Of a DNA stretch of 60,347 nt, positions 10,073 through 18,925 are shown piece after piece. Origin of the DNA: a virus (lineage: Duplodnaviria; Caudoviricetes); IMG/VR virus record IMGVR_UViG_3300015242_000026, positions 1 to 60,347 of that record, one strand, 5' to 3'. The translations under genes and the position numbers were made by a program. The notes beneath the pieces are model-generated. The model was not told the origin of the DNA. It was given only the letters and a program-made list of their open reading frames with translations, and ran no database searches. The first letter of the stretch is position 1, and each line of letters begins with the position of its first letter.

Positions 10073-10509
10073 AGTCGACCAATGCGTACGCCGCGAAGCG
10101 GGCCATCATCGACCGGTTCGACACATTGTCGAAGGTCGTGGGGCATCCCCTCGAGGGCGTGCAGGTCACCGACTCGTATCCGCGCGACCTGGCCGACCGG
10201 TCCATCTACGGCGGCGGCGCCCGGTTCACGCAGGACCAGGAATCCGCTGAACCGGGTCTACTCCGCTTCGAGACGGTCACCACCGGGCTGTACGTGCGGG
10301 TGTTGCAGGCAGGCGAGGTCCGCGACGTCGAGGCCGCCCTGGAGGCGCTGGGGGACATCGTGGCTGACGTGCTGGCCGAAGACCCGGACCTTGGCGGAGA
10401 AATGACCTTCCTGCAGATCGCCGCAGGCAGCGCTGACTTCTACCCGACCGACTCCGGCATCGAGGCGATCCTCGCCTTGTCGGTCCAGGTCGAATCGCAC
10501 CTGGACTGA
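10069..10509 (+). CDS. Putative tail terminator/completion protein
   Basis: ~146 aa; LAEDPDLGG motif; position before the tail tube gene. Confidence 0.65.
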   Translation: MKSTNAYAAKRAIIDRFDTLSKVVGHPLEGVQVTDSYPRDLADRSIYGGGARFTQDQESAEPGLLRFETVTTGLYVRVLQAGEVRDVEAALEALGDIVADVLAEDPDLGGEMTFLQIAAGSADFYPTDSGIEAILALSVQVESHLD

Positions 10510-10511
10510 CC

Positions 10512-10823
10512 ATGGCCGACGAAGTTCGTGTCGTCTGGAACGACGCGGAGATTCACGCCATCGCCCGCCAGGAGTACGCACGCCGCGAGCTCGCCAGCCA
10601 CGGCGGCCAGCTCGCCGATACCGCCCGGGCGGGCGCACCCCGCCGTACCGGCGCGGGCGCCGACTCAATCCGCGCGGAGACGGTGTTCGAGGACGCTGAG
10701 TGGACGGTTCGAGTGGCCTGGGATGCATTGCATGCCTATATGAGATTTCCAGAGCTGGGGACTAAGACCGTCCGCGCGCAGCACTTCCTGTTGCACGCCG
10801 CCGACCGCTATGCCCGCCCCTGA
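10512..10823 (+). CDS. HK97 gp10-like neck protein
   Basis: APRRTGAGADSI and ELGT..RAQHFL motifs. Confidence 0.8.
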   Translation: MADEVRVVWNDAEIHAIARQEYARRELASHGGQLADTARAGAPRRTGAGADSIRAETVFEDAEWTVRVAWDALHAYMRFPELGTKTVRAQHFLLHAADRYARP

Positions 10824-10835
10824 GAGGACTTACCG

Positions 10836-11162
10836 GTGACCGATTTTCCCGCCGAAAACGCCGGTGCGACCACCGGTACTACGTTGACCGAACGGTCCGG
10901 TGCTGCGTCGGGTGACACGGTACCCATCGGGTCAATCCTGCTGATGCGTAACACCGGTGCCGGTTCGCACGACGTCACGTTCACCAACGGCAACCTCGTG
11001 GACGGCCTCACCACGTCCAACCGGACCGTTGCCATGGCCGCGGCTGCCATCAAGGTGGTGTTCATCCCAACCTATCTGGGTGACGCGAGCGGCCGGGTGG
11101 CGATGGCCGTCGCGAATGCCACCCCAACCGAGTTGAAGTACTACGTTTTAGGTGGATTCTGA
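10836..11162 (+). CDS. Small beta-rich virion-type protein
   Basis: RBS GAGGA; Thr/Gly-rich composition. Confidence 0.65.
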   Translation: MTDFPAENAGATTGTTLTERSGAASGDTVPIGSILLMRNTGAGSHDVTFTNGNLVDGLTTSNRTVAMAAAAIKVVFIPTYLGDASGRVAMAVANATPTELKYYVLGGF

Positions 11163-11503
11163 TGGCCGACGAGCGGTTCGACTATGTCACTCTGCGGGTC
11201 ATCCAGGATCCGTTGATGGGCCGCCCCGCCTACAACGAGGGCGAAGGGATCATGGCGCAGGTCGTCGAGACGCTGGGCCTGGTCGTCGGCGAGGACGTCA
11301 GGCCGGCCCGACCGGACTCGATGGACATGCCGGCCAAGAACGCGACCCGCGCGCAGTGGGCCAGGTACGCCGAGATCCAGGGCATGCCGCAGGACGAGGT
11401 CGATGCGTCGACGGTTGGCCAACTCCGCGACAAATACCTGCCGGCCGACGAGGAGCCGTTAGCGCTGACCAAGGCCGCCAAGGGTGCGACACCCGCGAAT
11501 TAA
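11162..11503 (+). CDS. Hypothetical protein (PAKNATRAQW motif)
   Basis: Coupled to the upstream gene (TGATG). Confidence 0.7.
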   Translation: MADERFDYVTLRVIQDPLMGRPAYNEGEGIMAQVVETLGLVVGEDVRPARPDSMDMPAKNATRAQWARYAEIQGMPQDEVDASTVGQLRDKYLPADEEPLALTKAAKGATPAN

Positions 11504-11505
11504 CC

Positions 11506-11683
11506 CCCTTGGGGTCAGCTACTAGGTCCCCGCCAAGTACGCGTTACCCGCTGCTCAGGCTGACGGCACGTCCGGATCTAACCGGTCGGATCCCGTCGGA
11601 TCCGATCACCTGACGGTCGCGGTCTCGCCTCGCCGGTTTCCTCGGTACCAGTACTTCCGACCCGCTTGCGCGCCCCAAGGGTG
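11506..11683 (-). ncRNA. Putative ~180-nt multi-stem non-coding RNA
   Basis: 9-bp closing helix, nested helices, GNRA-like loops on the minus strand, TACGAT -10 about 7 nt upstream. Confidence 0.6.
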
Positions 11684-11699
11684 CTCACATCGTAACCAC

Positions 11700-11726
11700 A
11701 AGCCCGCGTGCCTGAGCGCGGGCTTT
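11700..11726 (+). terminator. Intrinsic terminator-like hairpin before the major tail gene
   Basis: AAGCCCGCG-loop-CGCGGGCTT followed by a short T run. Confidence 0.6.
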
Positions 11727-11768
11727 CTGCTGCCCGAACGCCGGGGCGTGACACCCGCAAGAGAGGAC

Positions 11769-12359
11769 GTGGTTCCAATTTCGACCTTCACGATCGCGAA
11801 GGATGCCCTGGCGAAAGGTCCGGGCACCATCTTCTGGGCGCCGCCGTCAACTGCATTGCCTGACTACACCGTCGCCAGCTCGGCGTTCAGCGTCAACGCG
11901 TGGACCGGCTGGTTCCAGCTGGGCATCACCAAGGGCGGCAGTGAGTTCAACTACGACCTGAACACGGACCCGATCCAGGCCGCCGAATACCTCGACGATA
12001 TCGATCAGGTGTCCTCCGGCCGTGTGGTCACGCTCAAGTTCGAACTGATGCGGATCACCGCCACCAACGTATCGCGGGCACTGAACCGGCCGACCGTGGC
12101 GACGACGGGTTCGGGTACCACGCTGCGCTCGACGGTGAAGGCGCCGGCGTTGGGCGCCGAGCTGTACTGCATGATCGGCTGGCAGGGTCAGGACGACACC
12201 GAACGGCTTGTCGCGCAGGTCGCGTTCCAGATCGGCGCAGTCAACTGGAAACGGGCTAAGGGTGCAGATGTGGCCACGCTGCCGCTCGAATACAAGTTCT
12301 TCCCCGATTCCAATGGCGACCCTTTCCTCTTCGACACGGCCGGCACGGTCCGTGGCTGA
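11769..12359 (+). CDS. Major tail (tube) protein
   Basis: GPGTIFWAP and WFQLGITKGG motifs; RBS GAGAGG before GTG 11769. Confidence 0.85.
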   Translation: MVPISTFTIAKDALAKGPGTIFWAPPSTALPDYTVASSAFSVNAWTGWFQLGITKGGSEFNYDLNTDPIQAAEYLDDIDQVSSGRVVTLKFELMRITATNVSRALNRPTVATTGSGTTLRSTVKAPALGAELYCMIGWQGQDDTERLVAQVAFQIGAVNWKRAKGADVATLPLEYKFFPDSNGDPFLFDTAGTVRG

Positions 12360-12525
12360 CCTCGCACAGACCGAGCCGAATGCGGACGCGCGGACGTTCG
12401 CCCGGACGATGCGGCAACTCTTCGTCGCGCTCATGTTGGAGGGCTTCACCGAGGCGCAGGCGTTACAGATCATCGGGATGGGCATTGCTGCGAGCGTGTC
12501 CGGGCAAGGCGGTACCGGTGCCTGA
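12352..12525 (+). CDS. Small hypothetical protein (EGFTEAQAL)
   Basis: Overlaps both neighbours. Confidence 0.65.
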   Translation: MADLAQTEPNADARTFARTMRQLFVALMLEGFTEAQALQIIGMGIAASVSGQGGTGA

Positions 12526-13000
12526 ATCACGACGGCGACCTCGCAAGGCGATCACGACCCACGAGGTGCAGGCCGAGGTCGAAGGCGTCGAGATCGTCGG
12601 CGACGGCCGCAAGGTGTCGTTCATGGGCCAGGAGTTTCGGATGGCCGAGAAAATCGGCCTGATGCCCCTCCTCCACCTTGCGGTCGCGTCGAAGAAAGGT
12701 GTCGACGCGGGCGACATGGCCGGGCTGGTTGCCATGTACGAGGTGCTCCGCGACTGCATCGACCAGTCCGAGTGGGAGCGGTTCGAAACGCACGCGGTCG
12801 ACACCAAGGCCGACGCGGACGATCTGCAGAAGGTCGTCGGGGACGTGGTGGAAATGCTGTCGGCCCGCCCTACCGGGTCGCCTTCCGGCTCATCGGCTGG
12901 GCGGCGGCCAACCTCGGCGAACTCGAAGGGGTCCTCACGGCCGACGGATACGCACCCATCGGACGGCATGATCAGCGTGGACTCGCTGCTGGCCCGCTAG
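12518..13000 (+). CDS. Tail assembly chaperone (gpG-like)
   Basis: Between tube and tape measure genes; RPT followed by a Ser-rich tail. Confidence 0.8.
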   Translation: MPESRRRPRKAITTHEVQAEVEGVEIVGDGRKVSFMGQEFRMAEKIGLMPLLHLAVASKKGVDAGDMAGLVAMYEVLRDCIDQSEWERFETHAVDTKADADDLQKVVGDVVEMLSARPTGSPSGSSAGRRPTSANSKGSSRPTDTHPSDGMISVDSLLAR

Positions 13001-13179
13001 ATGTTCTGCCCGTCCGGGTGGTGTTGAACCGGGTCTACCTGTATCTGGTGACCGGCCGGGACGGTGAGGACCGGGAAAAGTTCGATACCGAACTGTGGGC
13101 GCCGCTTGAGGGTTGGGCGGCCGCTGAGGCTGATGCGTGGCGTCGACTCGACGAACTCGCAGTAGACGGCGACGGCTAG
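12868..13179 (+). CDS. Frameshifted gpGT extension via -1 slip at C-CCT-A (12868-12872)
   Basis: The -1 frame is open to 13179 and reads PYRVAFRLIGWAA...; a CCT to CCC slip keeps Pro. Confidence 0.7.
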   Translation, partial: PYRVAFRLIGWAAANLGELEGVLTADGYAPIGRHDQRGLAAGPLDVLPVRVVLNRVYLYLVTGRDGEDREKFDTELWAPLEGWAAAEADAWRRLDELAVDGDG

Positions 13180-13183
13180 GGCG

Positions 13184-13354
13184 TCAGAACAGCCACACGA
13201 GCAGCCGCCACGCGCACCAGCCGACACCGCCAGCCACTGCGACGGTGACAGCCGGGCCGATCACCGCGTACGCGAACCGGGATGTCCAGCGGGCGACTGG
13301 TGGCCGCTCGCCGTACTCATTCCACCGCTGCCGGAACGTCTTCGGCTCGCCCAT
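13184..13354 (-). CDS. 56-aa antisense membrane peptide, leaderless (not in ORF track)
   Basis: MGEPKTFRQRWNEY...VGWCAWRLLVWLF; TACGAT 6 nt before the ATG. Confidence 0.65.
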   Translation of the reverse strand: MGEPKTFRQRWNEYGERPPVARWTSRFAYAVIGPAVTVAVAGGVGWCAWRLLVWLF

Positions 13355-13377
13355 AACCTGATCGTAAGGGGAAACTG

Positions 13378-16242
13378 GTGGCCGCTCTCGCCGAAGTGTT
13401 CCTCCGCGGCCGGTTGGACACGTCCCAGTTGAAGGGTGACGCCGAGAAGGGACTCAACAACGCCGGGCTGGGCAAACTCGGCGAGCAGCACGGCAAGGCG
13501 TTCGGCCAGTCGTTCACCGCATCGGCCGGTCAGATGCTCGCGAAGGTCGGGGTGCTGCTCGGCGCGCTTGGCGTCGCCAACGTGTTCAAGGACTCGATCG
13601 CCGAGGCCCGGGAGGCCATCAAGGTCGGCAAGCTCACCGAGGCGGCCATCAAGTCGACCGGCGGCGCGGCGAAGATCTCGGCCAAGCAGATCGGCGACCT
13701 CGCCAACTCGCTGTCACTGAAGGTCGGTGTCGACGACGAGGCGATCCAATCCGGCGAGAACCTGCTGCTGACCTTCACCAACATCCGCAACGGCGTCGGT
13801 AAGTCCAACGACATCTTCAACCAGGCGTCCGCCGCCGTGCTCGACATGACCGCCGCGATGAACAACGGCGCGGTCACCACCGAGGGCGTGAAGGCGTCCA
13901 GCATCCAACTGGGCAAGGCGCTCAATGACCCGATCAAGGGCATCACCGCGCTGACCCGCGTCGGTGTGACGTTCTCGGCCGAGCAGAAGAAGCAGATTGA
14001 GGGCTTCGTCAAGGCCGGCGACACCATGTCCGCGCAGAAGGTCATCCTCGCGGAGCTGTCCAAGGAGTTCGGCGGCGCCGCAGCCGCCGCGGCCGATCCG
14101 GCGCAGAAAGCGCAGGTCGCGTGGAAGAACTTCGAGGAGATGCTCGGCGGACTGGTCCTGCCCGTCATCGGAACGCTGCTCACCCTGCTGACCGGCAAGG
14201 TTCTACCGGTCATCCAGAACCAGATCATCCCGTTTGTGCTGCTGATGGGACGGGCGTTCATCGCGGCGTTCCGCGAGGGCGACGTCACCTCAACCGGCCT
14301 GTTCGGCGCGATCGAGCGGCTCGGCGGCATCCTCGGCATGCTCTGGCATCAGGTGCAGGCGTTCTGGTCTGGCATGACCGGCGGGGCCAAATCGGCCGCC
14401 GGGACGATGGAGCAACTTGGCGGGGTCTTCCACGACGTCGTCATCCCGGCGCTGGTGACGTTCGCGGGCTGGATGGAAACCGCGGTTGGCTGGCTGACCG
14501 GCGGGTCGAACTGGGCCGGGCTGCTGCGGGCGGCCGTCGCCGGCGCGGCCGGGGCGATCCTCATAGCCGCCGGGGTCATCAAAATCATCACCACCGCGCA
14601 GCTGCTATGGAACCTCGCCATGTCGCTGAACCCGATCGGGCTGGTAATCCTCGCCATCGGCGCGCTGGTCGCCGGCCTGATCTACGCGTGGACCCACTTC
14701 TCCGGGTTCCGCGACTTCCTGATCAACGCGTGGAAGACGATCAGCGACGCGACGCTGTGGGTGTGGCACAACGTGTTCGAGCCGGCGTTCCATGGCATCG
14801 CCGCGGTCGCGTTGTGGCTGTGGAACAACGTCCTGCAGCCGACGTTCCTGGGGATCAAGTTCTACATCGAAAACTTCGTCGCCCCGGTCGTCATGTTCCT
14901 GTGGCACAACGTGGTCGAGCCGGCGTTCGCCGGGATCCGGTTCGCCATCAACGTCGCATGGACGGTCATCCAGGTCATTTTCGCGGCGATCCGCCTGTAC
15001 GTCGTCACCGTCCTCGCCCCGCTGTTCACGTGGCTGTGGCACAACGTCGTCGAACCCGTATTCGGGGGCATCGCCGCGTACATCTCGGCGGTATGGAACA
15101 ACGTCATCAAACCGGTGTTCGGCGCGCTCGGCGGGTTCATCCGCGACATTGTCGCGCCCGCGTTCAAGGCCGGGGTGTCCGCCGTCGAAGCGCAGTGGAA
15201 CCGGATCAAAGACGTCGCCAAGGTACCGGTCACGTTCGTCGTGAACCAGGTCATCAACCCGATGATCCGCGGTTTCAACAAGGTCGCGTCAGCGTTCGGC
15301 GTCAAGTCGTCCGTTGGGGAGATCGGCGGGTTCGCGGCCGGCGGCCGGATCCCGGGCGTCGCCTCATCCCGCGACAACATGCTCGCCGCTGTCGCGACGG
15401 GCGAGTTCATCATGCCCGCCGACAAGACCGCCCGGTACCTGCCGGTGCTACAAGCCATGCATTCCGGGAGCCTGCCCGGGTACGCGTTGGGTGGGCTCAT
15501 CGACGTCGGCAAAGACCTGGTCGGGGCGGTGACGAACCCGGCCAAATTCATCAAGGGGCCGATCGACGCGGCGTTGGCACTCGTCCCGGGGGGCGGCACG
15601 ATCCGGGACATGGCCGTCGGGGCCGGCCGGAAACTCTTGGATGGGCTGATGACGTGGATCGGTGGCCTGTTCGCCGGCCGTTCCGGCGGCGGGGGTCTCC
15701 CAGCGACCGGGTCGCTGGGGCAGTGGATAGCAGCGGCGATGGCGTTGACCGGCGTCCCCGCGTCATGGGCGGGCCCACTCAACACGCTGATCATGCGGGA
15801 GTCGGGCGGGAACCCGAACGCCATCAACCTGACCGACTCGAACGCCCTGGCGGGCCACCCGTCGCAGGGCCTGATGCAGACGATCCCGTCGACGTTCGCC
15901 GCATACGCCCTACCCGGGCTGGGTGGGATCACGAACCCGGTCGCGAACATCGTCGCCGGGATCCGGTACATCCTCAGCCGATACGGTTCGATCTTCAACG
16001 TTCAGCAGGCCAACGCGAACCTGCCGGCGAAGGGCTACGACCAGGGCGGGCCGTGGCCGTCCGGGACGTACGGCTACAACGGATCGGGCCGAACGGAACA
16101 TGTCGTGACCGGACCGACGATGGACGCGGTCGTCGACCGGCTGGACCGGCTCATCACCGCGGTGGAGCGGGTCGCGCCAGGCGTAGGAGCCGAGATCAAC
16201 CGGACCGGCCAGTCGGTCATCCGGTTGGCGCGGGCAACCTAG
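13378..16242 (+). CDS. Tape measure protein with C-terminal lytic transglycosylase (SLT) domain
   Basis: GKALNDPIKG, NPIGLVI, Trp-spaced repeats; IMRESGGNPNA...SQGLMQ. Confidence 0.95.
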   Translation: MAALAEVFLRGRLDTSQLKGDAEKGLNNAGLGKLGEQHGKAFGQSFTASAGQMLAKVGVLLGALGVANVFKDSIAEAREAIKVGKLTEAAIKSTGGAAKISAKQIGDLANSLSLKVGVDDEAIQSGENLLLTFTNIRNGVGKSNDIFNQASAAVLDMTAAMNNGAVTTEGVKASSIQLGKALNDPIKGITALTRVGVTFSAEQKKQIEGFVKAGDTMSAQKVILAELSKEFGGAAAAAADPAQKAQVAWKNFEEMLGGLVLPVIGTLLTLLTGKVLPVIQNQIIPFVLLMGRAFIAAFREGDVTSTGLFGAIERLGGILGMLWHQVQAFWSGMTGGAKSAAGTMEQLGGVFHDVVIPALVTFAGWMETAVGWLTGGSNWAGLLRAAVAGAAGAILIAAGVIKIITTAQLLWNLAMSLNPIGLVILAIGALVAGLIYAWTHFSGFRDFLINAWKTISDATLWVWHNVFEPAFHGIAAVALWLWNNVLQPTFLGIKFYIENFVAPVVMFLWHNVVEPAFAGIRFAINVAWTVIQVIFAAIRLYVVTVLAPLFTWLWHNVVEPVFGGIAAYISAVWNNVIKPVFGALGGFIRDIVAPAFKAGVSAVEAQWNRIKDVAKVPVTFVVNQVINPMIRGFNKVASAFGVKSSVGEIGGFAAGGRIPGVASSRDNMLAAVATGEFIMPADKTARYLPVLQAMHSGSLPGYALGGLIDVGKDLVGAVTNPAKFIKGPIDAALALVPGGGTIRDMAVGAGRKLLDGLMTWIGGLFAGRSGGGGLPATGSLGQWIAAAMALTGVPASWAGPLNTLIMRESGGNPNAINLTDSNALAGHPSQGLMQTIPSTFAAYALPGLGGITNPVANIVAGIRYILSRYGSIFNVQQANANLPAKGYDQGGPWPSGTYGYNGSGRTEHVVTGPTMDAVVDRLDRLITAVERVAPGVGAEINRTGQSVIRLARAT

Positions 16243-16592
16243 CCCGCCGGGGTGGCTGCGCGGGTATTGAACTGCGCCACCCATCGCCGGGCGATCGCCT
16301 CACGCTTCGGGTCCACCTCGACGACGGCCTGGAACGTCGGGCCCTCGATGGTTAGCCATAGCGTCCGGTGGTCCTTCTTCTTGCGCAGGGCCAGCGCGAA
16401 GACGCCGGTGGCCAGCAGCCGGGTGGCGGTGACGCGACGCTCAATGTCGCCCGTGGTCTCCAGGCTGGCATGGGCGCCCGCGACCGGGCCACGGCCGCTG
16501 CCGGTGATGACCTCGCCATCTTTCACCTTGATGTCGAGCAGTCGGGAGGCGGATTTGAACAGGGCATTGTCGGAACCGAGGGTCGCGCGCAT
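16239..16592 (-). CDS. Antisense moron-like protein, probably leaderless
   Basis: RRVTATRLLATGVFALALRKKK; CACACT 6 nt before ATG 16592. Confidence 0.7.
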   Translation of the reverse strand: MRATLGSDNALFKSASRLLDIKVKDGEVITGSGRGPVAGAHASLETTGDIERRVTATRLLATGVFALALRKKKDHRTLWLTIEGPTFQAVVEVDPKREAIARRWVAQFNTRAATPAG

Positions 16593-16685
16593 GGCCGCAG
16601 TGTGTACCACCCCCGCCAGCCCAGCGTGACGGGCGCGTGGGATTACGCGTCCGTCATCACAACGACCAGGGGGCGGTGAGCACTC

Positions 16686-17060
16686 ATCGCGACCCTGACG
16701 CTCACCAAGACGTTCGTTAACCTGCTCGCTACCGGCGTGTCCGTGTCCGGGCAGACGGGCCGGGACCGGGCCGAGGCATACTCGGTGCCGGGCGAGACCC
16801 GCACCTACGCCGGTGGGCGGCGCCGTTCGATTACGCAGGCCGGCGAGCTCGGCTCGTACGCGTTCACGATGCTGCTTGTCCCGCGGGCGACCGTGGAGAC
16901 GCTACGAACCTGGCAGGGCCAGACGGTGCAGGTCCGCGACAACAAGGGCCGCCGGTTCTTCGGCGTCTTCTACGGTGTCACCGCCGCCGAGATTATTTCG
17001 CGGGCGACATGGAACGTGGCGATCACCTTGTCCGTGGTCACCAACGCCGAGGGCGTCTGA
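16686..17060 (+). CDS. Distal-tail-like protein, apparent ATC start (GTG 16737 is the alternative)
   Basis: First tail gene after the tape measure; GGTGAG-N5-ATC GCG ACC CTG in frame, with a stop just upstream. Confidence 0.65.
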   Translation: MATLTLTKTFVNLLATGVSVSGQTGRDRAEAYSVPGETRTYAGGRRRSITQAGELGSYAFTMLLVPRATVETLRTWQGQTVQVRDNKGRRFFGVFYGVTAAEIISRATWNVAITLSVVTNAEGV

Positions 17061-17062
17061 CC

Positions 17063-18181
17063 GTGCAGCCGATCGCCCGGTCCGGCCTGACCGCAGCCCA
17101 GGTCACCGCCCTCATTCAGACCGCTTCGGCGGTGGAGGTCGATTCTGGCCTTGAGCTGCTCGATATGGGACTGAACGTGGTCGCGGACATCAGCGCCGAC
17201 CTGCGCGGTGGGTCGGTGTCCCGGGCGTCGTACGCGACTCTGCACGGCACCGCCAGCCTCGCCGTCTCCCGGGAGCTCGACTGGGCCAACGCGCTGGTAC
17301 GCCCGTACATGACGATGACGGACGGGATCAACACCGCCCGGTTCAACCTCGGCGCCTATCTCACCAGCAGCCCCCGCACCGAAACAGGCGAGTCGCCAGT
17401 CACGTGGGCCGTTGACGGCTACGACATCCTGCACGTCCTGAACACCCCGATCGGGGACGCATACACCGTCGCCGCGGGAGTCGGCTATCTGGCCGCCGCC
17501 GAGCGGGTGCTGCTGGACCAGGGCATCGTGCGCTACAACATCGACCAGACTTCAGCCGCTGCCGTGCTCGGTTCCCCGCGGGTCTGGGTGCTGGACACCC
17601 AGACCACCTGGCTCAATGTCGTCAACGCCCTCCTCGCCGCTATCGGCTATCAGGGCGTGTGGTCGGACTGGGACGGCCGCCTGCAGCTCGGCCCGTACCA
17701 GTCGCCGACCGATCGGGGACCGGAGTGGGTGTACGACACGGGCCCGGACACGTCGATGCTGGCGCCGAAGCAGGTCACCGTCCGGGACTATTTCAACGCC
17801 CCGAACCGGTGGGTTTTCTACTGGAGCAAAGACCCATCCCTGGGTGCGCCCACGGAAGGTAACGGCGTCTACACCTACGTCAATTACACGTACGGGGTGA
17901 CGTCGGTCAACGCCCGCGGTCGGGTCATCACGGCGCCGCCGGTGCAGGTGGACGCCGCCGATCAGGCGTCGCTGGTGACGCAGGCGCAAAGCGCGATCGA
18001 CGCCGATTTGCGGTTGAAGACCACATTCGAGGTGTCCGTTTTTCCCAACCCGCTGCACTGGCACTTTGATCGGCTGACCGTCGCCGGCTCCCAACTCGGC
18101 ACGATCATGGACGTGCTGGTCAGCAAATGGACGTTGCCGCTGGACGGCAGCGACGGCCCGCAGGAATGGCAGCTCCTGTGA
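17063..18181 (+). CDS. Minor tail (hub/Tal-like) protein
   Basis: Synteny; beta-rich; WSDWDGRL and FNAPNRWV motifs. Confidence 0.8.
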   Translation: MQPIARSGLTAAQVTALIQTASAVEVDSGLELLDMGLNVVADISADLRGGSVSRASYATLHGTASLAVSRELDWANALVRPYMTMTDGINTARFNLGAYLTSSPRTETGESPVTWAVDGYDILHVLNTPIGDAYTVAAGVGYLAAAERVLLDQGIVRYNIDQTSAAAVLGSPRVWVLDTQTTWLNVVNALLAAIGYQGVWSDWDGRLQLGPYQSPTDRGPEWVYDTGPDTSMLAPKQVTVRDYFNAPNRWVFYWSKDPSLGAPTEGNGVYTYVNYTYGVTSVNARGRVITAPPVQVDAADQASLVTQAQSAIDADLRLKTTFEVSVFPNPLHWHFDRLTVAGSQLGTIMDVLVSKWTLPLDGSDGPQEWQLL

Positions 18182-18882
18182 CCACACTGGATCTGTCGCT
18201 GGTCCAGGCGATCGACGAGCGGGTCGCGGCCGGCGAGAAAACTCTGCTGGCTATGGGGACCGTCGCGGCGTGGGATCCGAACCTGCCGACCGACGTCATG
18301 GTCACGTTCGACTCGTCCGCCGTGGCGGTGCCCTGCAAGGTCTTCGATCTGTATGTGGCCGAGGGTGACCGGGTCGGCTTGGCCAAACTTGATCGCTGGT
18401 GGACCGTCGTGGGTACCTTCACCAGACGGTGGCGGCAGGTGCTCGGTGGGACCCGATGGTCGGGCGGCGGCAACCTCGTCACCGGGCTTACCACTACAGA
18501 GCTGGTCATCATGACCACGGCGTCGATATTCGTCCCTGGTGGGACGCAGGTGCAGGTCTCGGCGGGTGTCCGGCTACTGGAGACCAGCGCGGCCGGGTCG
18601 AACTACATTTTCCGGATCCGCGACGGCGCCACTGTCGGCGGCACCCAACGCGGCGAGTACACGTGGCGCTCACCAGACACCACGTCCGGGTGGAACCAGT
18701 ACTTCTGGGCCGGGTACGACACGGCCAGCACCCCGGTCGTGCAGACCTACTGCCTGACCGCGCAGCGGATCGGCGCGACCGGCTTCCTCACGATGATCGC
18801 CGGTGGGGTCACGCACAACGTCCATTTGATCGCCTACGCCGTAGCGCCTGCCGGCACTATCGAGAACAGGACAACCCCATGA
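18166..18882 (+). CDS. Minor tail protein
   Basis: N-terminal OB-like GDRVGL..VVG; beta-sandwich-like C-terminus. Confidence 0.7.
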   Translation: MAAPVTTLDLSLVQAIDERVAAGEKTLLAMGTVAAWDPNLPTDVMVTFDSSAVAVPCKVFDLYVAEGDRVGLAKLDRWWTVVGTFTRRWRQVLGGTRWSGGGNLVTGLTTTELVIMTTASIFVPGGTQVQVSAGVRLLETSAAGSNYIFRIRDGATVGGTQRGEYTWRSPDTTSGWNQYFWAGYDTASTPVVQTYCLTAQRIGATGFLTMIAGGVTHNVHLIAYAVAPAGTIENRTTP

Positions 18883-18925
18883 TGCTGGCCGGCGGTTCCC
18901 GCACCGAGACCGGGTCATAGCCGTC

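Noticed and set aside
11506-11683. tRNA, tmRNA, hammerhead or c-di-AMP riboswitch identity for the structured region
   Set aside because: No TTCGA arm, no CUGAUGA core and no ydaO consensus seen, so it is left unassigned.
14121-16355. 744-aa Arg-rich ORF and similar long shadow ORFs (4859-6895, 26570-27841, 29445-30824)
   Set aside because: Alternative-frame artefacts of high-GC coding DNA with no motifs.
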